Below are positions 9,639 to 18,629 of a stretch of 64,000 bases of DNA, in pieces; within the stretch, counting starts at the first letter, position 1; each line of letters opens with the position of its first letter. The stretch lies in the IMG/VR virus record IMGVR_UViG_3300044655_002046, one strand, 5' to 3'. The position numbers and the translations under genes were made by a program. The notes below the pieces were generated by a model. It searched no databases, had not been told where the DNA came from, and saw only the letters and a program-made list of their open reading frames with translations. This DNA comes from a virus.

Positions 9639-9804
9639 CTGTCTATATCTATACGTTAGTAATCGCCTGATGGGTAGTATCTACCCTTATCCTCAAAGCC
9701 CCTTGACAAAAGAGTCACAGCCTTAAGTTGTCACGGGCCTTGAGGTGTTGAAATAATAATTACTGTCACTAAACAGTTCTTTAGTACAAAAGAACCTAGC
9801 GAGA

Positions 9805-10176
9805 ATGAGAGGGATCATTATGTCTTCTAAAGACAAAAGTAAATTATTGTTAGAAAAAGTGTCCTGTGAGGCTCAGTCAAAACTCGCATATTATAACTTG
9901 CTTATGCAGGGAAAGGCTTTCCGCCAACACCTAGAGTCTTTGTCTGACGTCAAGATTGAGGAGATAGATAGGCATTTCTTAAAAGGCTTTTTGTCTTATT
10001 CTAGACGCTTATATACTACAGGCGAAATTAGTAAATCTGCTTATATATCTCTGGTTACTCAAGCTGCCGAATTTTATGCTGAGAGGCTGGTGGAGTCAAA
10101 ATTGGCAAAAGCCTTGAAGAAATATGAGCTTTATTTTGAAAAAGCGTTAACTGTGCAGTCGGCCGAGGGGCGTTAG
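9805..10176 (+). CDS. hypothetical protein
   Basis: 123-aa ORF with host-like codon usage. Confidence 0.6.
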   Translation: MRGIIMSSKDKSKLLLEKVSCEAQSKLAYYNLLMQGKAFRQHLESLSDVKIEEIDRHFLKGFLSYSRRLYTTGEISKSAYISLVTQAAEFYAERLVESKLAKALKKYELYFEKALTVQSAEGR

Positions 10177-10251
10177 TCAAATTAATATTAACCTCACTAT
10201 CAGGCGACTTTCTGTGGTACACAAGATCAATCACACAATTGGAGTATAGCC

Positions 10252-11403
10252 ATGATTAACATGAAGGCTCACACCGTATATATGGTTGTGAGGCCATATT
10301 CAGAAAAGAAGAAGATATTAATGAGGGCCGCTCAGGAAGTAGGGGCCCTTTACATAAAGGGCCCTCATCTGCTAGAGAATACGATATCGTATCCTGGCTC
10401 TCTCCTAGCCCATCACGTATTAGTGGAGGTTAAGAATCAAGAAGAGGCTGATCAGGTTATAATGATGGCGGGCTGCCATCACTACGGCGTAGGAGAAATA
10501 CTATTCAATGCCGAGAGCGGCGTAGGAGTTGAGCTCAGCCACCTGATAGAACGGCAAGAAGATATAGTGCTTAGTGTAGAGCAAGTGCCTCACTACACTA
10601 TGAGTGATGAGGCCCTAGTAGTAGGAGATATCCATGGCTGTTATGGCCATCTGCGTGCGCTACTTAGAAAGGCGGGCTTCTTATTTGTAGGGGATGAGAT
10701 TACTCATTACCCTATGCAATTAGTACTCAATGGAGACCTAGTGAATAAGGGCCCCTGCTCTGCCGACGTTATTAGATTCGTGTACTCTAACCTAGGTCAC
10801 CCTGACTTCAAGGTCGTACTAGGTAATCACGAGCTCTATATTATGCAGCACATAGATGATGAGAAGCCTATTAGTCGCTACTTCGATTATCTCACTACAG
10901 CTAGGACTAATCGCATGCAGCGTAATATGTTTAGGGAGATTTATAGACATAGTGTGCCCTACCTCGTATCCTATAGTCGCACCTCTGCTGTTCACCACTC
11001 TCCTTGCGACTATAAGTATGTAGGCAAGTCTGACCCTATCTCTATACAGAGACAGATTCACCTACCCAGTATTCGAGGTCAGGCCGATAAGCAGAATACC
11101 AGCGTAGACGAGGTACTATATCCGTACTTCAATGGTCAGCCCAACTGGCCATTAGTTGTTAATGGTCATGTCACTACTAAGCACCCGCTACTAATTAATA
11201 ACCGCGCTATGATTGATACAGGCGCCTTCCTAGGCTGTTATCTAACAGCAGCTCATATCATGGGCTCTACCTGTCAATTCATATCCACAGAGAATGTGAA
11301 CTCCGCGCGTAATACTATGCGCCTTAATCCCATTGCGTCTGCGATACAGGATGCAAGTAGCGTTAGAAGAAACGTGCCTCATTTGGTTAAGGCTTCAGTC
11401 TAG
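10252..11403 (+). CDS. PPP-family metallophosphoesterase (Ser/Thr phosphatase-like)
   Basis: GDIHG, GDLVNKGP, GNHE, NGH, IDTGA motifs. Confidence 0.92.
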   Translation: MINMKAHTVYMVVRPYSEKKKILMRAAQEVGALYIKGPHLLENTISYPGSLLAHHVLVEVKNQEEADQVIMMAGCHHYGVGEILFNAESGVGVELSHLIERQEDIVLSVEQVPHYTMSDEALVVGDIHGCYGHLRALLRKAGFLFVGDEITHYPMQLVLNGDLVNKGPCSADVIRFVYSNLGHPDFKVVLGNHELYIMQHIDDEKPISRYFDYLTTARTNRMQRNMFREIYRHSVPYLVSYSRTSAVHHSPCDYKYVGKSDPISIQRQIHLPSIRGQADKQNTSVDEVLYPYFNGQPNWPLVVNGHVTTKHPLLINNRAMIDTGAFLGCYLTAAHIMGSTCQFISTENVNSARNTMRLNPIASAIQDASSVRRNVPHLVKASV

Positions 11404-11421
11404 TCGCGTACGTTGTTACCG

Positions 11422-11448
11422 ATAACCCCGCACGGAACGCGGGGTTAT
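11422..11448. terminator. inverted-repeat hairpin, probable terminator
   Basis: ATAACCCCGC-acggaac-GCGGGGTTAT just after the phosphatase stop. Confidence 0.65.
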
Positions 11449-11562
11449 TAACTTATTGTGCAACATTTAACCTTCTTAAACTTATCCATTACCGAGTAAA
11501 TATATATTAGGTATGGCATCACCAGTAATGGTGAAGGCCATTGCCTGCAAAGCACAAAGCAT

Positions 11563-11748
11563 ATGAATAATCAAACACCTATCGAGAGTTTCTCTTTAGC
11601 GAATATTAAATTTGACTATAATGCAGAACCAATCTGGAAATTAGCGGCTCGACTTTCTGCTAAAATTCCCAATGAAGAATGGGCAAAACTACCAAAAGAT
11701 TTAGCCCAAAACTTTGATCATTATCAACAACAACAGGATCAAAAATGA
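11563..11748 (+). CDS. orphan antitoxin-like small protein
   Basis: PIWKLAARLSAKIPNEEWAKLPKDLAQNFDHY resembles cyanobacterial PIN-toxin partner proteins (LPxDLAxNxDHY). Confidence 0.5.
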   Translation: MNNQTPIESFSLANIKFDYNAEPIWKLAARLSAKIPNEEWAKLPKDLAQNFDHYQQQQDQK

Positions 11749-12557
11749 GATGCACCCAGACTCAATTATCTACCTTTAACTTTAACAACCAAGAAATCCG
11801 CGTTATAATCATTAATAATGAGCCCTGGTTTATAGCAGCCGACGTTTGCGCTGTTCTCGAACACACTAATACGTCAGTAGCTCTACTTCGGTTAAAGGTG
11901 TATGAAAAACAATTAGTTGACCCTAAACAATACTTAGGGTCAGTCTCAAATCAATATATATCAGCCATTTCAGAATCTGGCTTATATAGATTAGTACTCA
12001 GCAGCCGCAAACCACAGGCAGAGTTATTTCAAGACTGGGTAGTACAAGAAGTACTACCTACCATTCGCAAGACTGGCCGCTATTCTGTTAGTGACTTCAA
12101 GATTCCTACTACTTATGGTGAGGCCTTACTTGAAGCGGGGCGCCTAGCCTTAGAATTAGAACAAACTAATGTCACCTTAGAACAAGTTAATGCTACATTA
12201 GAAGAGCAAGCCCCACTGGTTAAATTAGCAGAGACGTTGACAGTCAGAGACGTTGATGCTGTCCTAATAGGAGATTTGGCTAAAGCTTATGGTGTAGGTC
12301 GTACAACGTTCTTCGATATGTTGCGTGACATTCGCTTTATTATGATGAAGCCAAATCGATTACCTTATCAGCGACATGTATTAGCTGCCAGAGCAGAGGT
12401 GTTCCGCAAAGAGCGCCCCCATCAACCTGGTATCTTCGATAGCGTTACTGTTATAACGGCTAGAGGTCAACTATACATAGCGAAGAAGTTAAAGCAACTA
12501 GAATGTGCTAAGTTAGTAGAATCGCAACTAAAAGCCGCGTACGAGCTTGTAGAATAA
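11745..12557 (+). CDS. BRO-N / antirepressor (ANT) protein
   Basis: FNFNNQEIRVII..EPWFIAADVC..., ISESGLYRLVLSSRKPQAELFQDWV..EVLPTIRKTG; C-terminal TVITARGQLYI. Confidence 0.92.
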   Translation: MRCTQTQLSTFNFNNQEIRVIIINNEPWFIAADVCAVLEHTNTSVALLRLKVYEKQLVDPKQYLGSVSNQYISAISESGLYRLVLSSRKPQAELFQDWVVQEVLPTIRKTGRYSVSDFKIPTTYGEALLEAGRLALELEQTNVTLEQVNATLEEQAPLVKLAETLTVRDVDAVLIGDLAKAYGVGRTTFFDMLRDIRFIMMKPNRLPYQRHVLAARAEVFRKERPHQPGIFDSVTVITARGQLYIAKKLKQLECAKLVESQLKAAYELVE

Positions 12558-12588
12558 TACTGTTCTCGTAAACCACAATTACAATTTA

Positions 12589-12891
12589 TTGACTATGACT
12601 ATTATGAATTTCATCAATTATCTATTGGAAAAACTCGGCAAGGTGCAGTTCCGTACACTGCTTGTAACTATCGGCTTGTTATTGGCCTATAGTCTGGCGG
12701 TTATTATTGGTCGTCTTGTTTACGCAGCGGGGGTGTTGGGCCTCGGCGATGTGCTCTGTATGTTGGGCCTCTATCACGCGTGGCGGGCTATCGCAGACCT
12801 CGTACCATCAGTTACTCAATTATTAGTTAGTCCACCGACTAATCCACCGACTTCTATTAATCTCGAAACTGAAGGACTAGGCAATAAGTAA
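12589..12891 (+). CDS. small membrane protein
   Basis: Two hydrophobic stretches. Confidence 0.55.
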   Translation: MTMTIMNFINYLLEKLGKVQFRTLLVTIGLLLAYSLAVIIGRLVYAAGVLGLGDVLCMLGLYHAWRAIADLVPSVTQLLVSPPTNPPTSINLETEGLGNK

Positions 12892-13001
12892 CAACTGGTC
12901 CAGCACCTAATTAAGAGCACCGTAAGCCTAGTTAGGAAATCGCCCACATAATGCCATGCTCACGGCCATAGTAATTTACTTAGGTAGGAGAGCATAATTA
13001 T

Positions 13002-13093
13002 TTGTAGGATAGGTTAGCGGTAGCGTAACCCACACGAGTGTTGGGCTTCATGCCTCAACCGTTCGGCTGAGGTCACGGTTGAAGCCCAACCTA
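13002..13093. repeat. Microcystis-type REP element pair with nested palindrome
   Basis: gtaggataggttagcggtagcgtaacccac...tgttgggcttcatgcctcaacc[gttcggctgaggtcacggttgaagc]ccaacctat. Confidence 0.65.
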
Positions 13094-13148
13094 TGTTTAT
13101 CCTATATTTAATTCTGGCTACCTAATTAATCACATTAAGTAAATAAGT

Positions 13149-13310
13149 ATGGCTAAGTTCAATTCAGATACAGCGTCTAGTATGGGGCGCCGCGGTGGTG
13201 AGAAGACAGCTCAGAATAAAGAGCACATGAGAGAGATAGGTCGTCGGGGCGGACTGAAGGCCCAACAGCGGCTCGCTGAGAAGAAACAGCAGCGTCCATT
13301 AGATGACTAG
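13149..13310 (+). CDS. KGG-motif stress-induced small protein (53 aa, not in the ORF track)
   Basis: MAKFNSDTASSMGRRGGEKTAQNKEHMREIGRRGGLKA: two (K/R)GG repeats. Confidence 0.75.
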   Translation: MAKFNSDTASSMGRRGGEKTAQNKEHMREIGRRGGLKAQQRLAEKKQQRPLDD

Positions 13311-13982
13311 TAGATTATAGGTCACTATATTAACTATATCATTCACCTGCGTGGTATCCATAGCTGTACCCCCCTCCCCTATGAAGTGGACGCTAATGAG
13401 AGCTATAGGGCTATCATCATCCAATAATAGTTGCTGATATAAATGTCGCACTCCTATTATATCTAGATGAGCCCGCTGCTTAAAGCTAAGTAGTATAGAG
13501 TTAGCATCAGTCTTCATAAAGGATCGGGTACTAGCGTGTTGCACTAAAGTAGGTAGGTCATAGCAATGGTCGCTAATTAATACCTGTCTATAGAGATTAG
13601 CTATACTGCTAATCCCGGGGGCTAGACTCTCGTGAGTACACGTCATCTTGAGGAACTTAAGACCAGATATACTGCGACCAGGATTATGGAACTGGTGGAG
13701 TAAGACTCTATCGGCCGCCGTTGTAATCCGTATCTGGTTGAGTAGATCAAGGATATAAATGTCTTTATCTATAGTGCTAACATGGCGTATCAGATCTTGT
13801 ATAGCGTACCTGCGCTCTATCTGATTGCGGAATATCCATCGCCCAATAAAGATTATAATAAATAGAGTCAGACTAAACGTGTTCTGCCATAGGAAATCAG
13901 TGACCTGCGGTAGAGCTTCCTTAACCAGAGTGTGCGGAGCTAAATGAATAGTGTAGGCCTTATCATTCTGTGGTACATTCAT
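13299..13982 (-). CDS. membrane-anchored phage protein
   Basis: N-terminal TM (FSLTLFIIIFIG); ADRVLLHQFHNPG...KMTCTHE motif. Confidence 0.6.
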   Translation of the reverse strand: MNVPQNDKAYTIHLAPHTLVKEALPQVTDFLWQNTFSLTLFIIIFIGRWIFRNQIERRYAIQDLIRHVSTIDKDIYILDLLNQIRITTAADRVLLHQFHNPGRSISGLKFLKMTCTHESLAPGISSIANLYRQVLISDHCYDLPTLVQHASTRSFMKTDANSILLSFKQRAHLDIIGVRHLYQQLLLDDDSPIALISVHFIGEGGTAMDTTQVNDIVNIVTYNLLVI

Positions 13983-14074
13983 GTTTGATGGGGCATTCCT
14001 CAGGCCTTTAAGTACATCCTTAAGTTAGTGTCTAAGTGCTTCTAGTTTTATATTTATTCACGAGGACTTTGTAG

Positions 14075-15550
14075 GTGAATTATAATTATGATAGTCAATT
14101 AGGGCTTGCCTGTATTACTGATACTAAGCGCAATATTAAGGTATTCTGTCCTGTGGCCCGCCCGGGGCAGAGGTATGAGGCCACTATAGCCTATACTATG
14201 GCACGATATTCTCGCAGTGCTGAGTCAGTAGAGAATCTACTCAATGAGGCGCGGGGAGTAGATGCGGATAAACGTCTTCATAATATATTCTATAATTATG
14301 GTCACGGTAGTGTACAGGGCCTAGCCACGTTATCAGTGTGCTTTGAAGGTATTCCCCTATGGTTTGCCTTCTATCTGTTCAATACTATGCCTCTAGGAGC
14401 AGGGCAGGAACGCAGTACTCGTTATCAGAAGATGGGCGATTACTATAGAGTCGGTAATGAGTCCTATGACAAATCAATAGACTATCTATTCAGCGCATAT
14501 GAGGAACTCTATGAGCCCACTCGAGAGGCATTGGCCCGCGCTTACGACGTAGACATGAGCGATAAACGCCAGGTACAGGCGCTGGATGCCCGTACGCTGG
14601 ACTGTACGCGTTATCTATTACCTATGGGAGCCCGCACTAGTCTGGGTATCACATCGGATGCCGAGACGTGGAGTCGATTCATCAGTGACCTACTGAGTAA
14701 TCAAATTAACTCGGGGCCCGATGAGTTATACAGTGCCATTGGGCACATGCTGAAGCAACTACTGGGTGGTTGTCCTGAGCTAGAGGCCCAGGGCTACGTA
14801 GCAGGTGCCCCAGGGCTCATACGTCACGCAGAGGCCCGGCATGACCTGAGTGCTAGTCTAGCCAATATGGCGCGGGCGGCTCAGTCATCTCTCGTTGCTA
14901 ATATGGATGGCGAGTATTATAGCTCGAAGCTAGTAATTGTACAGAAGCCATACTGCGATATCGTTGGTAACCTGGCTCTATTACTCCAGAATGATGTGTA
15001 TCGGCCGGCCCTAGTCCTATCTACTAATAGAAGATTACTAGCTACGCTACGGGAGGAGCTGACTACGTGGCAGCATTACGATAGATTACCTACTCAGTTC
15101 AATGCCCCGCACATGTACATGAGTGGCTATATGGATGTGGGTGCGGCCCGCGACTTCAATCGTCATCGTGGTATATGGCGGTACTTTCCTGCTCTAACTA
15201 ATGTAGAGCTATTACGAGGAGATACTGGTTATACTCTACCGCTCTATATAGAGCACCTCCCCATAGCTGAGCGCTATAGAGAGGTGTTGGATAAATATTA
15301 CGAGACACTGGGCGGCCCTGCTATACAGTACCGTATACCACTAGCCCACAATATACGATACTGTATAGGCGGTTCTCATAAGCATATGGCCTATGTGTGC
15401 CAGCTTCGCTCTCGAGTGGGGGGCCACATCAACTACCGTGTGATAGCTAATGAGTGGGCCAATAGTATAGCTGACGTTAATCCACTATTCGACCTTACTC
15501 ACATCATACGTGTAGTCGAGAATGGTCGAGATGAGTTCCTGAGTCGTTAG
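14075..15550 (+). CDS. thyX: flavin-dependent thymidylate synthase, tandem two-domain form
   Basis: MARYSRS, GHGSV, QERSTRY, RYLLP, then RDFNRHR, YRIPLA, QLRSRVGGHINYR. Confidence 0.9.
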   Translation: MNYNYDSQLGLACITDTKRNIKVFCPVARPGQRYEATIAYTMARYSRSAESVENLLNEARGVDADKRLHNIFYNYGHGSVQGLATLSVCFEGIPLWFAFYLFNTMPLGAGQERSTRYQKMGDYYRVGNESYDKSIDYLFSAYEELYEPTREALARAYDVDMSDKRQVQALDARTLDCTRYLLPMGARTSLGITSDAETWSRFISDLLSNQINSGPDELYSAIGHMLKQLLGGCPELEAQGYVAGAPGLIRHAEARHDLSASLANMARAAQSSLVANMDGEYYSSKLVIVQKPYCDIVGNLALLLQNDVYRPALVLSTNRRLLATLREELTTWQHYDRLPTQFNAPHMYMSGYMDVGAARDFNRHRGIWRYFPALTNVELLRGDTGYTLPLYIEHLPIAERYREVLDKYYETLGGPAIQYRIPLAHNIRYCIGGSHKHMAYVCQLRSRVGGHINYRVIANEWANSIADVNPLFDLTHIIRVVENGRDEFLSR

Positions 15551-16494
15551 CGCGCGCGTATTAGGAGTATCATGTCAGGGAAAATCTGACTGCGATCAGT
15601 CCGCTCCGATGTGCTCCAATTAGGGAGGCGGAAGTAAGTAGTATCACCAGGAAGAAAACTGTATGCATCACCAAATACCGCGTATAGCCCTGGGTAGTCT
15701 GCCTGGAGGAGTTCCTGCCCATCCAGTCGGATCCAATTAGTAGGGTAGTTCGATGCCACAGCAGGCCACAGGATTATAGAACCTATTGGGGGGCCCGCCT
15801 GGCTGAGGCTAGTCGCTATGGCCTGGTTAACCTGGCTGAAGCTATCCGCTATTTTCTGGTTAACCCAGTCTACTCGAGCTATACTGTCATTAGTAGTGGG
15901 CGATACAGTACGGGGGTTGCCCGTTAGGAAAGGACTATCTATATTAGCCTTAGTGTTCGATAGATTAGTTATTTGTGTCTGTAGACTATTTACAGTATTC
16001 TGTAATGCTACTATCTTGGGTATCTCTAGGTTGAACCTGTCGTTTATAGCGCTGACTGTGGCATTGATGGTGGCTATCTGAGCAGTTAGTTGGTTACTCA
16101 ATGTAGTAAATTGAGTCTGTAAATCACTGATAGCAGTTGTGTTAGTATCGCAGCATGCCTGTAGGTTCTGAATTATAGTTAACTCACCTACGACAGCAGC
16201 TAGGTTATTAATTAGATCATTGACTAGCTGCTGTATGTTAGCAATGATCTGCTGTAACTCACCATCACCGAATAGATCGTCGCGTAATTCCTCTAGTTCA
16301 TTCTCTAGAGTGGCTATATCAGCCAGCATGTCGGCAATAAATGCAAACGCTCGCACTGTGTCAGATAGATCGTATATAGTGTTGGCTGCCTGTGTTCCCG
16401 TGTGGTTGGCGCGATTAGCAGCCTCTAGAAAGTTATTGTCGAGTTCAGCACAAGTAAGAGGACTACCCTTACTCACCGATAGTATAATTGGCAT
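15547..16494 (-). CDS. tail fibre protein with tail-collar domain
   Basis: N-terminal KGSPLTCAELDNNF, coiled-coil middle, collar PIGSIILWP...WIRLDGQEL..DYPGLYAVFG...FRLPN; start ATG 16494 preferred. Confidence 0.85.
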   Translation of the reverse strand: MPIILSVSKGSPLTCAELDNNFLEAANRANHTGTQAANTIYDLSDTVRAFAFIADMLADIATLENELEELRDDLFGDGELQQIIANIQQLVNDLINNLAAVVGELTIIQNLQACCDTNTTAISDLQTQFTTLSNQLTAQIATINATVSAINDRFNLEIPKIVALQNTVNSLQTQITNLSNTKANIDSPFLTGNPRTVSPTTNDSIARVDWVNQKIADSFSQVNQAIATSLSQAGPPIGSIILWPAVASNYPTNWIRLDGQELLQADYPGLYAVFGDAYSFLPGDTTYFRLPNWSTSERTDRSQIFPDMILLIRAR

Positions 16495-16569
16495 AGAACT
16501 GTAGCTAGTGATTAATTTGGTTATACTATCGGTGTATGGCGTACTGTAAGCATTAGAAAGGAGGTATCG

Positions 16570-16794
16570 GTGAGTAGCGAGGTATGGCAGATAGATATAA
16601 CAAATCCTTACAAGGTGCCAATCACTATATATAGTGATTGGCACCACCTAAATGGTCAAGTCCTTAGTCCTAATAGTGGCCTAAGGACTAACTACGAGAT
16701 AGAGGACGGATACAAGCTATATGTTAGTCGGCTCTATCGAATTAGGGCTAATGAGATGCCGAGATTGTACGTTGGATACCGCATAGAGGATTAA
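16570..16794 (+). CDS. hypothetical protein
   Basis: 74-aa ORF, GGAGG RBS. Confidence 0.5.
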   Translation: MSSEVWQIDITNPYKVPITIYSDWHHLNGQVLSPNSGLRTNYEIEDGYKLYVSRLYRIRANEMPRLYVGYRIED

Positions 16795-16798
16795 ATTA

Positions 16799-17158
16799 AT
16801 GCATTATATAGTTGAATTTAAGGGTACGCGTGGTAGTTTGTATACGCAGTTTTCTGCTAGTTACACATTTACAAATACCACGCTGCCCCGCACCATTACT
16901 CTAACCCTGAGCCCCGGCGCAGAAGTATCGATTGATCTAATCGATATTACTGCGCTACAGGTAATAGGTCTCTCGTGTGAAACGGGGTCCGTTAACCTCA
17001 GCGTTATTAGCAATGGTAGTACTATAATTACTCTACCAAGAGTAGTGGCCGGCTCCTATCACTTTAATAACGTGGATATAGTCAATGGCAAGATACAACT
17101 AGCAGCCGTAGGCACTGCGCCCGTACCGCTACAATTAGTATACGCCGGCGTAGCATGA
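16799..17158 (+). CDS. beta-rich hypothetical (possibly virion) protein
   Basis: 119-aa ORF rich in T/V/I/G. Confidence 0.55.
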   Translation: MHYIVEFKGTRGSLYTQFSASYTFTNTTLPRTITLTLSPGAEVSIDLIDITALQVIGLSCETGSVNLSVISNGSTIITLPRVVAGSYHFNNVDIVNGKIQLAAVGTAPVPLQLVYAGVA

Positions 17159-17712
17159 CCTGTCCACTAGAGTGGCAGCAGGCCTGCCGTAATCTGGATA
17201 TAGCATGTCATAAATGTAGAGCTATGATAGGAGAGGGTGAGCTGGCCTATTTACCACTGGCTGGTAGCCCCTCTATTAAGAGTCACCCCGTATATGAGAA
17301 GCCCCCTCCGCCCCCGCGCAAGCAGACTAACACTGCATCGAAGATAGGACGCGTCACTGAGAGACGGGTATTACGGGATCTAGGTGCAAGAGCAACAGTA
17401 GCCAGCGGGGCCATCTTCGGAGACGGGGATGGCTCTATTGTTATAGATGGGGAGACCTGGCGTATAGAACATAAGACGCGGGTGGCCCGGCGTAATACAC
17501 TAGGCCCTACTGAAGATGAGTGGGCTACTGCTCAGGCGCAGGGATGCCGTCTATTTATTACTACTCATAATAATCGAAGCGTCGTTACTATGGATATAAA
17601 AGACTTTAAGAGCCTAGCCGTATTGCCACCCGAGTTTACGGAGGGCGTTAACGAAGAAGCGGGGGGCCCAGCTCACTCGAGCGATGCCGAAGTCGCGGGG
17701 CAGCTCGAGTAG
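17155..17712 (+). CDS. PD-(D/E)xK nuclease, Hjc-like Holliday junction resolvase
   Basis: GRVTERRV...ASGA..GDGD...RIEHK; N-terminal Cys cluster. Confidence 0.65.
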   Translation: MTCPLEWQQACRNLDIACHKCRAMIGEGELAYLPLAGSPSIKSHPVYEKPPPPPRKQTNTASKIGRVTERRVLRDLGARATVASGAIFGDGDGSIVIDGETWRIEHKTRVARRNTLGPTEDEWATAQAQGCRLFITTHNNRSVVTMDIKDFKSLAVLPPEFTEGVNEEAGGPAHSSDAEVAGQLE

Positions 17713-18002
17713 CACACTCACTGCCTTCACCTGTAGACCGAGTGCAGCAAAGGTGCGTTCGATGCTCAACTTAACAATACTTACAAAGTACGCGATGGGG
17801 TTCTTAACGAGGCGTCCTTGCCGGTTGAATGGAATAGTCTTACCATGGATAGCACGGCTACCGCACTCACTACGGATTGCCTGAGCCACGAGGCAATTCT
17901 CCATCGGCGAGACTCATTCCTAGTAGTCTTTTTTCTACTTAAACATCCCCAAAAGTCGCTAAGTGTGTTACACTATAGTCAGATACAAACTTTTAATCAC
18001 AA

Positions 18003-18629
18003 ATGAAGTATGTCACACCGAAAGAGGCCGCCCAAAACCTCGGGGTCAGCGTCTCCTCCCTCAGAAGGTGGGAAGCTGAAGGAAAAGTCAAAAGCATCCG
18101 AACACCCGGAGGGCAACGCCGTTACTGCATTGAAGAGTACGAGCCGGAAGGTAAGTCCATTGTCTGTTACGCAAGGGTTTCCACCCACGGACAAAAAGAC
18201 GACCTCGAAAGACAAGCTGAATTTCTACGCTCAAAGTATCCTCGGGCTGAAATTATCACAGAAATTGGAAGCGGACTCAATTTTAAACGGAAGCGGTTCC
18301 TCTCTATTTTGGAGCGAATATATCAAAGAGATGTCGGCTTGCTTGCCGTTGCCTATCCTGACAGACTCGCTCGATTTGGGTTCCCACTTATTGAGTGGAT
18401 TTGTCAGCAGAGTGAATGCAAACTCGTGGTTCTCAATGAATCTAAACTCTCTCCCCACGAAGAACTCGTTCAAGATATTCTGTCCATCCTCCACTGTTTC
18501 TCTGCTAGGCTTTACGGATTGCGAAAATACCAAAAGCAAACCGAAGAGGCCCTTCAAGAAGAATCCCCGCAACAAGTCGAAGAAGGAAAAACCCAACAGT
18601 GTCTTGAAGATCAGGGTCTTTCCATCTAG
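18003..18629 (+). CDS. tnpA: IS607 TnpA (MerR-HTH plus serine recombinase)
   Basis: TPKEAAQNLGVSVSSLRRWE...TPGGQRRY; CYARVS; EIGSGLN; YPDRLARFG; ELVQDILSIL. Confidence 0.95.
   Translation: MKYVTPKEAAQNLGVSVSSLRRWEAEGKVKSIRTPGGQRRYCIEEYEPEGKSIVCYARVSTHGQKDDLERQAEFLRSKYPRAEIITEIGSGLNFKRKRFLSILERIYQRDVGLLAVAYPDRLARFGFPLIEWICQQSECKLVVLNESKLSPHEELVQDILSILHCFSARLYGLRKYQKQTEEALQEESPQQVEEGKTQQCLEDQGLSI

Noticed and set aside
17614-17904. Minus-strand 96-aa ORF and a gene split by IS607
   Set aside because: Overlaps the Hjc-like gene; rejoining the IS flanks gave no convincing start-to-stop ORF.
18010-18330. 575-aa TnpB starting at 18010
   Set aside because: The first ~100 aa have no support as a start; kept only as a dual-coding observation.
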